Positions 45,034-53,875 of a stretch of DNA of 59,084 nucleotides are shown here, one piece after another. The notes beneath the pieces are model-generated. The model was not told the origin of the DNA. It ran no database searches and saw nothing but the letters and a program-made list of their open reading frames with translations. Within the stretch, counting starts at the first letter, position 1; each line of letters begins with the position of its first letter. Made by a program: the position numbers and the translations under genes. The stretch comes from a virus. Lineage: Duplodnaviria; Heunggongvirae; Uroviricota; Caudoviricetes. The DNA lies in IMG/VR virus record IMGVR_UViG_2703718809_000006; one strand, written 5' to 3'.

Positions 45034-45288
45034 TTATCGCCTTCGTGCCATATATTTGCGCACCGCGCGGCGTGGACAATCTGAAGCGGTTTCTTTCTGC
45101 TGCATCAATCTCGCAGCCATGCTCAAAAATGTCAGGCACAGCCGAAGCCCGGCATACAATAGCGGTTCCAGTGGCCACGTCTCATTGAGCACATATACCG
45201 CCATGAAAATCGAGTCAAAAACTATCGCCGCCAGCGATAACTTCATTGTCGAAAGTCGGCGGAGCTGCCGGAGTTTATTCATTGACAA
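45034..45288 (-). CDS. Two-TM small membrane protein downstream of lyz (holin/antiholin-like, LydD-like)
   Basis: 84 aa with two hydrophobic segments; overlaps the lyz 3' end. Confidence 0.4.
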   Translation of the reverse strand: MSMNKLRQLRRLSTMKLSLAAIVFDSIFMAVYVLNETWPLEPLLYAGLRLCLTFLSMAARLMQQKETASDCPRRAVRKYMARRR

Positions 45289-45832
45289 GCCCCGTCAGGC
45301 AAAGCTGGCGTTCTTTTTCACGGCGAATCTTTAAACCTCGCAGGGGCACGCCGTTACTGTTCACGAAATCAGGGAGATGGTTACACATATTCACCCATTC
45401 CCCTTTCTGCGCCCACTTGTGGATGGACGTTTCTACTCGCATGCCTCGCGCTTTGCTGTAGTAGGTCCGTAAGCTATTGCATCCCATATTGAATGCCGCG
45501 CTTGTCATTGCACTGAAGGCATTATCGGGCATGTCTTTGCCCCGGAAGTGCTGATTAATACAGCGTTCAGCGATCAGGATATTCTTTTCCCAATCAGCGG
45601 CGATTTGCTGGTCGGTTTTTCGCACACCCGGCGTTACCCCGTGTGTATTACCGATCCCGTCAGTCCATACCCCCGCCGGGCACATGTATGGATCACGTCG
45701 GCAACCTTCAGCGTTACCAATCAGCTCAAGCCCCGCCTGGTTGGTTCGCACATTGCCATTACCCATCACGATGGTAATCATCACCGCGATAGCGCAAATT
45801 GCACCGCCTCCTGCGGCTGTTTTTCCCTTCAT
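45275..45832 (-). CDS. lyz: SAR endolysin (P1 Lyz-type lysozyme)
   Basis: 185 aa from the internal ATG; N-terminal Gly/Ala-rich signal-anchor 'MKGKTAAGGGAICAIAVMITIVMG'. Confidence 0.85.
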   Translation of the reverse strand: MKGKTAAGGGAICAIAVMITIVMGNGNVRTNQAGLELIGNAEGCRRDPYMCPAGVWTDGIGNTHGVTPGVRKTDQQIAADWEKNILIAERCINQHFRGKDMPDNAFSAMTSAAFNMGCNSLRTYYSKARGMRVETSIHKWAQKGEWVNMCNHLPDFVNSNGVPLRGLKIRREKERQLCLTGLVNE

Positions 45833-45965
45833 AAAGACCTCATAAGCGAATTTTTTACGCTCCAGGACAAACACCCATTCACAGCCAATACCGACTGACT
45901 CGATCCCTTTAGAAGGCACAGGATAATGCAAATCACTTGTTAGCTACGTTTCAAAGATATACATT

Positions 45966-45982
45966 ATTGCTCTAATTAATTT
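45966..45982 (+). promoter_or_regulatory. C1-operator-like 17-mer upstream of ssb
   Basis: ATTGCTCTAATTAATTT (16/17). Confidence 0.5.
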
Positions 45983-46001
45983 ATTTTATTAGGTAAGATA
46001 A

Positions 46002-46490
46002 GTGGCACAACGCGGTGTAAACAAAGTCATCCTGATTGGTACCCTGGGGCAAGACCCGGAGATCAGGTATATACCAAATGGCGGAGCGGTCGGAAGACTC
46101 AGCATCGCAACGAATGAATCATGGCGCGACAAGCAAACGGGCCAACAGAAAGAGCAAACAGAATGGCATAGAGTCGTTTTGTTCGGGAAACTTGCTGAAA
46201 TTGCGAGTGAGTATTTACGAAAAGGTTCTCAGGTCTACATCGAAGGGAAACTTAAAACCCGTAAGTGGACAGATGACGCCGGTGTAGAACGTTACACGAC
46301 GGAAATTATCGTCAGCCAGGGCGGAACTATGCAAATGATCGGCGCCCGCCGCGACGATTCACAGTCCTCAAATGGCTGGGGGCAATCAAACCAACCTCAA
46401 AACCACCAGCAATACAGCGGTGGCGGCAAACCTCAGAGCAGCGCCAATAACGAACCTCCAATGGACTTTGACGACGATATTCCGTTTTAG
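46002..46490 (+). CDS. ssb: Single-stranded DNA-binding protein
   Basis: GTG start; OB-fold core near-identical to E. coli SSB; acidic tail 'MDFDDDIPF'. Confidence 0.92.
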   Translation: MAQRGVNKVILIGTLGQDPEIRYIPNGGAVGRLSIATNESWRDKQTGQQKEQTEWHRVVLFGKLAEIASEYLRKGSQVYIEGKLKTRKWTDDAGVERYTTEIIVSQGGTMQMIGARRDDSQSSNGWGQSNQPQNHQQYSGGGKPQSSANNEPPMDFDDDIPF

Positions 46491-46738
46491 AGTTAACTTG
46501 TGAGTTATTTGTAAATAGTTCATACACAGGCCCATGTTAATACAGGGGATTTTTATTTCTAGTAACTATAAGAGGTGTTAATTATTAATTGACAATCTTT
46601 AGTGTTTCGCGCACCTTGCAAGTATCCAATATTTACTGATTGTGGACGCATAAAGAAGATCCACAGCGTTACAAATTTGTATTTCTTTCTTCAGCAATTA
46701 AGCAGGCGACTTGCTCTATCCTGCCCAAAGGAACACGT

Positions 46739-48094
46739 ATGACACACTGCAAAGAAAATACTTGGTATGAGCGTCAAGGGTACAATACCACCCGCCCGAA
46801 TGAGATAAGGTCGGAGTATGAACGTGATCTTTCCCGGTTAATCCACTCTTCCGCTTTTAGGAGATTACAATCGAAGACGCAGGTGTTGGGATTGGGCGAA
46901 AGCGATTTCTACCGTACGCGGCTAACTCACTCTATGGAAGTAGCGCAAATTGGCGGCGGTATCTTGTCTCAGTTGTCTAAGCGCGATACAGATGAGGGGG
47001 GTAAATTCTTACCTGACCCAAGCCTGATGCAGGCTATCTGCCTTGCTCATGATATAGGACATCCCCCCTTCGGTCATGGTGGTGAGGTCGCACTAAACTA
47101 CTGCATGAGATCCTATGGCGGCTTTGAAGGTAACGGGCAGACACTGCGTATACTCTCCAAACTGGATAAGTACACCGAAACCAATGGGCTGGATCCCACC
47201 CGTAGACTTATTTTAGGCGTACTGAAATATCCAGCAAGCTATTCAGAGGTCGTCAATGAGAGGGCTTACAGCCAGTTACAGCCAAGAAGCAATGAGTGGT
47301 TGTTTAAATCATCCGAATTTAAGCCCCCGAAATGTTACCTGGACTCTGAGGAGAACACTGTTAGATTCGCACTCCAACCTTTTGATAGTGATGATGTTAA
47401 GTTATTCAAAACGGTAAAAACTACCGCGTTGAATAAGCACAAGGAAACAATATATAAAGCACTGGATACAACGATTATGGACTTGGCTGATGAGATATCC
47501 TACTCACTCCATGATCTTGAAGACGCAATTTCTCTGAAGATGATCGACAAAAAAATGTGGGAGGAGCACTTCGAGGACAAATCCCATTTATTTGCAGCTT
47601 GCCAATGCGACTCGTTTAATCTAAAAGCCGATGATGTAGCTGAAAAACTGTTCGGCGAAAGTTATCTACGCAAGGAGTGCATAGGGACACTTGTTCATCT
47701 GATGATCACTAGCGTTAAGCTTGAAGTGCAGAACTCTGATTTCAAAAGTAAAATTTTACGCTATAAAGTAGCACTTCCTGCCGCGGTAGAAGAGTTACGT
47801 AAAGCCATTTTTGAGCTGGTTAGGAACAAAGTTATTCAGCACGAAAACGTCCAACTATTAGAGTTCAAAGGTCAGAAACTGATTGTGGAACTATTCAATG
47901 TACTGGCAAATGACCCAATACGTTTTCTCCCGACAGAAACTCGAAAGAAATATAATCAAGAGGAAGCAAAAGGTGATGATAAAAAAATGCGCGTCATTTG
48001 CGACTATGTTTCAGGCATGACAGATGATTACGCTACTCGACTGTATGAGAAAATATTTGTACCGAGAAAAGGCTCTATTTTTGATAGACTCTGA
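46739..48094 (+). CDS. Dgt-family dNTP triphosphohydrolase (dGTPase-like, HD domain)
   Basis: 'FRRLQSKTQV...RTRLTHSMEVAQIG' and 'HDIGHPPFGH' match the Dgt N-terminal/HD motifs; AAGGA 7 nt upstream of the ATG; AT-rich. Confidence 0.8.
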   Translation: MTHCKENTWYERQGYNTTRPNEIRSEYERDLSRLIHSSAFRRLQSKTQVLGLGESDFYRTRLTHSMEVAQIGGGILSQLSKRDTDEGGKFLPDPSLMQAICLAHDIGHPPFGHGGEVALNYCMRSYGGFEGNGQTLRILSKLDKYTETNGLDPTRRLILGVLKYPASYSEVVNERAYSQLQPRSNEWLFKSSEFKPPKCYLDSEENTVRFALQPFDSDDVKLFKTVKTTALNKHKETIYKALDTTIMDLADEISYSLHDLEDAISLKMIDKKMWEEHFEDKSHLFAACQCDSFNLKADDVAEKLFGESYLRKECIGTLVHLMITSVKLEVQNSDFKSKILRYKVALPAAVEELRKAIFELVRNKVIQHENVQLLEFKGQKLIVELFNVLANDPIRFLPTETRKKYNQEEAKGDDKKMRVICDYVSGMTDDYATRLYEKIFVPRKGSIFDRL

Positions 48095-48258
48095 TTTTTT
48101 TCTATTATATAGTACGTAGCCGGGTTCCAGAACCGCATAAAATTAGATCTGGATATAATTCATTTAATTATCTGTTATATGCCAAACATAACGATATATA
48201 ATAGTGGATTAGATGTTACAACTTGACGCAGAATAAATAGCTTTTATTGGCGCATGAT

Positions 48259-48286
48259 GCAAACCCCGCAATGAAGCGGGGTTTTA
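48259..48286. terminator. Bidirectional rho-independent terminator between convergent genes
   Basis: AAACCCCGC-aatgaa-GCGGGGTTTT. Confidence 0.65.
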
Positions 48287-48301
48287 ACTGTGGTAAATGA
48301 G

Positions 48302-48670
48302 TTATAATCTTTTAATCAGGCTCTCAATATTAGTTGGTTCAAAGTAATGCTTATTAACCTCTCCATTTATGAGGAAACCGTCTTTTAGTAGTCGGTCTAG
48401 CTCACGCTCTGCTTCTTTGTTGAACATACCTGGATATATTCTCTTGTACAACTGAAACGTACCATTCATATTCCTGTAAGCATTCTCAGCAATTTCAATG
48501 GAGATTTCATTTCCGGCGTTAAATACAGGAATGAATATCTCAAGAATATCATTCTTTAACTTCTGTTTAAGTTTCTTTTTTTCAACAATATTAGAATAAA
48601 AGATACCTAAAAAAAATGTGCAGATACCAGGAAGCCAATTATTAACGAAAACCTCAGACAAAGCGTCCAC
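48302..48670 (-). CDS. AT-rich hypothetical protein with N-terminal hydrophobic segment
   Basis: 122-aa ORF convergent with the dGTPase-like gene. Confidence 0.45.
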   Translation of the reverse strand: MDALSEVFVNNWLPGICTFFLGIFYSNIVEKKKLKQKLKNDILEIFIPVFNAGNEISIEIAENAYRNMNGTFQLYKRIYPGMFNKEAERELDRLLKDGFLINGEVNKHYFEPTNIESLIKRL

Positions 48671-48876
48671 TATCTTACTCCAGAGTTAAGATTGATTCTC
48701 ATAACGCACAAACTCCGTTCAAGGCGATTTTTATATTACAAACTATACATAAACGCTGATCAATATCTCCAGATTTTGTGTGCCTGTGCATGAATATGCA
48801 CTAATCATAATCGACCAGAACTTCCGTTAATCGCTAAACTCGAACGATTCTAGCCACATAGACGATCTGTTAGTAT

Positions 48877-49185
48877 CTAATATACAAACTGATCCACATG
48901 ATCACCCAAATCATCGTCGTCGTCCTCATCGCCACCATCTACTGCTGGCCAATCAACAAACCAGCCAGCGTAAAGATGCAGCGTTCGGAGAACATCACTT
49001 GCGGGAGCATCAAGGGTGTTAACGAATCCCATATAGCTATTGGGATTTGCTCCAGCTATGGCTTCAGCGATCATGTCCTCGGTAATGTCACCGGAGATAA
49101 TGCTTAAACGCCCGGAAACTTCTTCATTATCATCAAATTCGATAATGGCATCTCCACCTAATGGCGCTGCGATTTTAATCTGCAT
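48877..49185 (-). CDS. Acidic hypothetical protein (P1 hxr position)
   Basis: 102-aa ORF with a poly-Asp tail, downstream of the ddrB-like gene. Confidence 0.4.
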   Translation of the reverse strand: MQIKIAAPLGGDAIIEFDDNEEVSGRLSIISGDITEDMIAEAIAGANPNSYMGFVNTLDAPASDVLRTLHLYAGWFVDWPAVDGGDEDDDDDLGDHVDQFVY

Positions 49186-52162
49186 TATTTAGCTCCTTTG
49201 CCACACCTAATAACAGTTCCAGCAATCCGTCACCATTCATCAGTGATGCGGCAGCGGCCTCTTTGTCATGATACAACTGAAGAGCCATAGAGAATACTTC
49301 CGTTGCTGACGTTTTGGAAATAGTCGGTGATTTCTGCCGAATTTTCCCGGTGTTACTTACTGAGGCTGGCGGGTATACCTTCGCCATATAAATATTACTC
49401 AATCGAGATCTGAAGCACCATTCAGGCTTGCCACGCCCACCGATATTGACGAAAGATGGCTTATCCCCTTCAACATTGGCCTTCAGGAATGACCGGGCTT
49501 TCTCTAACAAACCAGGGTTACTGTACTCAAGATGATGACCCAGCTCGTGCCACAGTGCACTTGCATTTTCATCGTTCAAATTGACAGCAACAACACCATT
49601 TAGATTTGCATATGCCCTTCCCTGGTGGTGAACTACCTTTGATAAGGTCGATATTTTCCCGCCGGTCAGGCGATAAATATCAGCAAGTTCCTTGCGCAGG
49701 TCTATCCCACCATTCTGTCCAGCGCGGGCTTCTTCCACTTCTTCTGTGATAAAAGAGTCGGCCCACTCAAGAGCTTTTTCTTCAGATACGGATGAGTTTG
49801 CGATCGCACTGTTCATGGCAGATAACACTTTCTCGTGGACCGAACCCATACTTCGCTGATTCATTTGCCAGCGTGTCTGCGGGTTATATGAGAATCGCTT
49901 AAGTAGTTGGTCAAGCTGCTCAAGTTCTTCTTCACTGACATACTTTTTAGCCTCACCAATAATGCCAGGGAGAATATTGCCGTTAGGATTAAACGCTCGC
50001 GAAAGGAAGAGTTTCAGCGCCCCCATGCCCTCCGATGCTTCAATATCACCAATAACCCGGTTAACAATGGCCGCACTCTTCGGATTAGCATCCGCCAACG
50101 CTCTGGCTACGATTTGCAGGGACGATACGACCTCACGCTGCATATCAGTCCTGATCTCATCAATAAACTCTGGCGTTATGCCGTGCTCTTTAAGGATATC
50201 CCGGCCTTCCGCCGTTACCCCATAGATATCACCGACATGTTTATTAACACGACTTTGCAATGCCTTAAATGCCTTCAGAATTCCACGGGCATCATCCGCT
50301 TTACTAACGGCCTTCCTGAATGCTGGCAAGAAGTCTGAGTTAACCTCATTTTGTTGATCGGCCCACTGAATGGAGGCTTCTTTCATCTCGTCCAGAGTCA
50401 GATCACCCAACGCGGTATGGTCTGTGAATATGAGCGACAACCTCTGAACCATTTCTGCCAATGGTGATGCCGAATGCGCCGCGCTAAGGAATGCTTTCAC
50501 CCTGGTTGGGCGAATGGAAAACCAGTCAATAGCTGGTGGCATATCTCCGTTTTTTATCGCCTGCGCTATCTCGTCAAAGCCATCGCGCCCAAGGGAAGAT
50601 GCGTGATTTAACAAGCCGCGAAGTAACGAATTGCTGATACCGAATAATCGGCACCATTTTTTCACGTCGGCAACAGGCATTCGAACAAAATGCGCAAGCA
50701 CTTGAACAAGCTGTTCATCCTGGGGATCTGTACGGGAAAGCAGCCTGATCAGATGAATAATGTCTTTGATGCCGGATGCCCGATGTAATAGCAAGCTGGT
50801 ATATGGAGCAACACCGTTGTAACTACCGCCAGAAGCTGACTCGAAAAGACCGCCAGATATCCCTTGCATACCTTCGTTTTCCAGTTCCTGAGATACTTGG
50901 CGAAGGATATCCTGTAACGACACATCGCCGCCGCCAAACATATCCCCGAGCGCCTGGCCCTGGTGCTGTAACTCATCATTGATACGTTGCGCCATCAACT
51001 TAAAGGCGGTGGCCATACGCTTCGCGCTACGGTTATTCGCGACGATGAACAACGCGAGTGCTTTCACCTCCGGGGCCGTTTCGCTGAACATATCCCCCTG
51101 AGCAATAACATCGGTAATATGCTGGCCTGACTCCTTCGATTGCCTTACCAGGTCTACCGCATCTTTCAATGCCGCCAGCGCCTTTTTATCGAGGCTATCC
51201 GCTGTCTCAATGCCATCAACAATAGTTGTCACAGCCTGCTTGTGCGCTTCTCCTGATAAAGCCTGCATCTGGACAAAATCATTGGCTGCCGCATTAAGCG
51301 CCGTCAGAACATTACGCATATCCGGATCAGGTTCTTCTGCAACCATCCTTACCAGGCGCGCATCCTTATATGCCTTGGCAAAGATCGCGTTTTGTATACG
51401 GTCAACAAGTTGCCGTGTTGGTCGCCCATCTTCAGTTACAAGGCCAGCCGCCTGTGTGGCACCAACTTGCGTCATAAATCCGCGAATAAACGCGTCATTA
51501 CTGCGGCTAAGCAGATCTCCGCTTTCTGACGGGTTAAAAAGCGCCATCATCGCCGGTGTTATGCTGTCGGCATCAACAAAAGCCTTTTCACTGGCTGCCA
51601 TTTCCTGGAGATCAGAAATATTTGAGTCCTTGGCAAACTGAACACGGTCAACCGTCGTTAACCGGCGGCGCACCAGTACCGGAGCCGTCATTGATTCAAC
51701 CTTTTCAGGCCGTATGCCGAATTCGGTCGCATGTTCAATCAGGTACTCCCGATACCGATCCGCATTACCGTCCTGATAGGCTTTAATGATCCCCATGGTC
51801 CGCCCATTACCTGACTCAACGGCATTGTCCTCACCAATTATTGGCGCGCCATGGCTGGATAAACCGGAATCGGTAAGCTGGGCAGGACGCAAATCCTTGG
51901 ATATCTGGTTGACCTGAAGAAGGCTGGATGCGCGGGTCCGGTCGCGCGGCTGAAGTTCCTGGGGATAGTCTGGATTAATTTTCCCATCCAGAGTATTGGA
52001 TACCAAAAGAGCTGAGGCATCGACGATATCAAACGCTGTTTTTACCTCGTCTCCCTTCGCTGTCACCACATACGAAACCCGCCCATAATCGGGCAGGTTC
52101 TTTAGCAGCTCGATCAGCGTTTCTATGCTGGTGGCCATTACCACCTGATCGCTTAAGCTCAT
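49175..52162 (-). CDS. ddrB: Large darA-operon protein (DdrB-like)
   Basis: 995-aa ORF downstream of darA on the same strand; assigned by position only. Confidence 0.5.
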   Translation of the reverse strand: MSLSDQVVMATSIETLIELLKNLPDYGRVSYVVTAKGDEVKTAFDIVDASALLVSNTLDGKINPDYPQELQPRDRTRASSLLQVNQISKDLRPAQLTDSGLSSHGAPIIGEDNAVESGNGRTMGIIKAYQDGNADRYREYLIEHATEFGIRPEKVESMTAPVLVRRRLTTVDRVQFAKDSNISDLQEMAASEKAFVDADSITPAMMALFNPSESGDLLSRSNDAFIRGFMTQVGATQAAGLVTEDGRPTRQLVDRIQNAIFAKAYKDARLVRMVAEEPDPDMRNVLTALNAAANDFVQMQALSGEAHKQAVTTIVDGIETADSLDKKALAALKDAVDLVRQSKESGQHITDVIAQGDMFSETAPEVKALALFIVANNRSAKRMATAFKLMAQRINDELQHQGQALGDMFGGGDVSLQDILRQVSQELENEGMQGISGGLFESASGGSYNGVAPYTSLLLHRASGIKDIIHLIRLLSRTDPQDEQLVQVLAHFVRMPVADVKKWCRLFGISNSLLRGLLNHASSLGRDGFDEIAQAIKNGDMPPAIDWFSIRPTRVKAFLSAAHSASPLAEMVQRLSLIFTDHTALGDLTLDEMKEASIQWADQQNEVNSDFLPAFRKAVSKADDARGILKAFKALQSRVNKHVGDIYGVTAEGRDILKEHGITPEFIDEIRTDMQREVVSSLQIVARALADANPKSAAIVNRVIGDIEASEGMGALKLFLSRAFNPNGNILPGIIGEAKKYVSEEELEQLDQLLKRFSYNPQTRWQMNQRSMGSVHEKVLSAMNSAIANSSVSEEKALEWADSFITEEVEEARAGQNGGIDLRKELADIYRLTGGKISTLSKVVHHQGRAYANLNGVVAVNLNDENASALWHELGHHLEYSNPGLLEKARSFLKANVEGDKPSFVNIGGRGKPEWCFRSRLSNIYMAKVYPPASVSNTGKIRQKSPTISKTSATEVFSMALQLYHDKEAAAASLMNGDGLLELLLGVAKELNNAD

Positions 52163-53509
52163 CCCTGTTACGCCTTATCCAATGTGCCGCCCCCTACGCT
52201 CCTCATAGTGGGGATATAAGGCACAGTTTTCCTCCCGGCTATTTTTGCTTAAAATAGTGACATGAAACAACAGGTGTCATTCAAATTCCGGTTAAAACCA
52301 GATGGTCAACAGGAGTGTCAAATGAGGCGCTTTGCCGGAGCTTGTCGTTTCGTTTTCAACCGTGCTCTGGCGCTTCAGAATGAGAATCATGAGGCCGGTA
52401 AAAAATACATCCCTTACACGAAAATGGCTTCCTGGTTGGTTGAGTGGAAAAAAGACACTGAAACCGAATGGCTTATAGATTCTCCCTCACAGCCATTGCA
52501 ACAGTCACTGAAAGACCTTGAGCGGGCTTACAAAAACTTCTTCCAGAATCGGGCTGCTTTTCCCCGATTCAAAAAGCGGGGACAGAATGATGCATTTCGC
52601 TACCCGCAGGGCGTTAAGCTCGATCAGGAAAACAGCCGTATTTTTCTGCCGAAACTGGGCTGGATGCGCTACCGGAATAGCCGTCAGGTCACGGGAGTTG
52701 TGAAAAATGTCACTGTCAGCCAGTCCTGCGGTAAGTGGTACATCAGTATTCAGACAGAAAGTGAAATATCCACTCCGGTTCACCCTTCAGCATCAATGAT
52801 CGGGCTGGATGCTGGCGTGGCTAAACTCGCCACGCTGTCAGATGGCACAGTCTTTGAGCCTGTAAACAGTTTTCAGAAAAACCAGAAGAAGCTGGCGAGA
52901 CTTCAGCGACAGTTAAGCCGCAAGGTCAAATTCAGCAACAACTGGCAGAAGCAGAAACGCAAAATACAGCGACTGCATTTTCGTATCGCAAATATCCGCA
53001 GAGACTACCTTCATAAAGTCACAACGATCATCAGCAAAAACCACGCAATGATTGTCATTGAGGATTTGAAGGTTAAATACATGTCAAAGTCAGCGGCGGG
53101 AACGATAAGTCATCCGGGTCGCAATGTCCGGGCAAAATCAGGTTTAAACCGTTCGATACTGGATCAGGGCTGGTATGAAATGCGCCGCCAGCTTGAGTAC
53201 AAGCAGCTCTGGCGTGGCGGTCAGGTGCTTGCTGTTCCGCCAGCGTACACAAGCCAGCGTTGCGCGTGCTGTGGTCATACAGCGAAAGAAAATCGCCTGT
53301 CACAAAGTAAATTCAGATGCCAGGTATGTGGATATACAGCGAACGCCGATGTAAACGGCGCTCGTAACATTTTAGCGGCGGGGCACGCCGTACTTGCCTG
53401 TGGAGGGATGGTGCAGTCAGGCCGCCCGTTGAAGCAGGAACCCACCGAAATGATTCAGGCGACAGCCTGAACGTAGCAGGAATCCACGCCCCGAAGGGCG
53501 TGGAGGATG
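52163..53509 (+). mobile_element. IS200/IS605-family tnpB-only insertion element (IS1341-like)
   Basis: About 1.35 kb exactly filling the gap between the ddrA-like stop and the ddrB-like start; TnpB ORF plus 3' hairpin CCACGCCC-cgaa-GGGCGTGG. Confidence 0.7.
52262..53470 (+). CDS. tnpB: TnpB (OrfB) RNA-guided nuclease/transposase accessory protein
   Basis: 402 aa; RuvC-like 'GLDAGV' and 'MIVIEDLKV'; C-terminal zinc finger 'CACCGH...CQVCGY'; '[10 protein letters not shown]'. Confidence 0.85.
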   Translation: MKQQVSFKFRLKPDGQQECQMRRFAGACRFVFNRALALQNENHEAGKKYIPYTKMASWLVEWKKDTETEWLIDSPSQPLQQSLKDLERAYKNFFQNRAAFPRFKKRGQNDAFRYPQGVKLDQENSRIFLPKLGWMRYRNSRQVTGVVKNVTVSQSCGKWYISIQTESEISTPVHPSASMIGLDAGVAKLATLSDGTVFEPVNSFQKNQKKLARLQRQLSRKVKFSNNWQKQKRKIQRLHFRIANIRRDYLHKVTTIISKNHAMIVIEDLKVKYMSKSAAGTISHPGRNVRAKSGLNRSILDQGWYEMRRQLEYKQLWRGGQVLAVPPAYTSQRCACCGHTAKENRLSQSKFRCQVCGYTANADVNGARNILAAGHAVLACGGMVQSGRPLKQEPTEMIQATA

Positions 53510-53875
53510 TCACGCTGCCTCTTTAATGTTGGCGGCTATCCATGCCGCCGTGTGCTGTTTAACTTGGTCCAGGTCGATGTATGTGCCAACATATTGACTC
53601 AAGTCCTGTAACGTACCGATAAATGCATCAGTGCTCTGATCGACGAATTTATCAGCCAGGAAATCAGCAATCAGTTTTGGCACACCATCATGTTCCGAAG
53701 GTTGTTTTTCCTCGTCACTACTGCCGCCGGACACGCCGTACCCCATCTGTTGCATGATCTGGTCAATTTCATCGCTGATATCCAGCAACTCCATGCCACT
53801 CGCGGTAGCCGCTTTGGACATCAGAGCATCCAACTTATCGCTGAGATCCATTAACTCAATAGCTGATAGTGTCAT
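53510..53875 (-). CDS. Small acidic darA-operon protein (DdrA-like)
   Basis: 121-aa ORF directly downstream of darA. Confidence 0.45.
   Translation of the reverse strand: MTLSAIELMDLSDKLDALMSKAATASGMELLDISDEIDQIMQQMGYGVSGGSSDEEKQPSEHDGVPKLIADFLADKFVDQSTDAFIGTLQDLSQYVGTYIDLDQVKQHTAAWIAANIKEAA

Noticed and set aside
46640-46738. Upstream extension of the dGTPase-like ORF to 46640
   Set aside because: The ATG at 46739 has a proper AAGGA ribosome-binding site and aligns with the Dgt N-terminus; the extension has neither.
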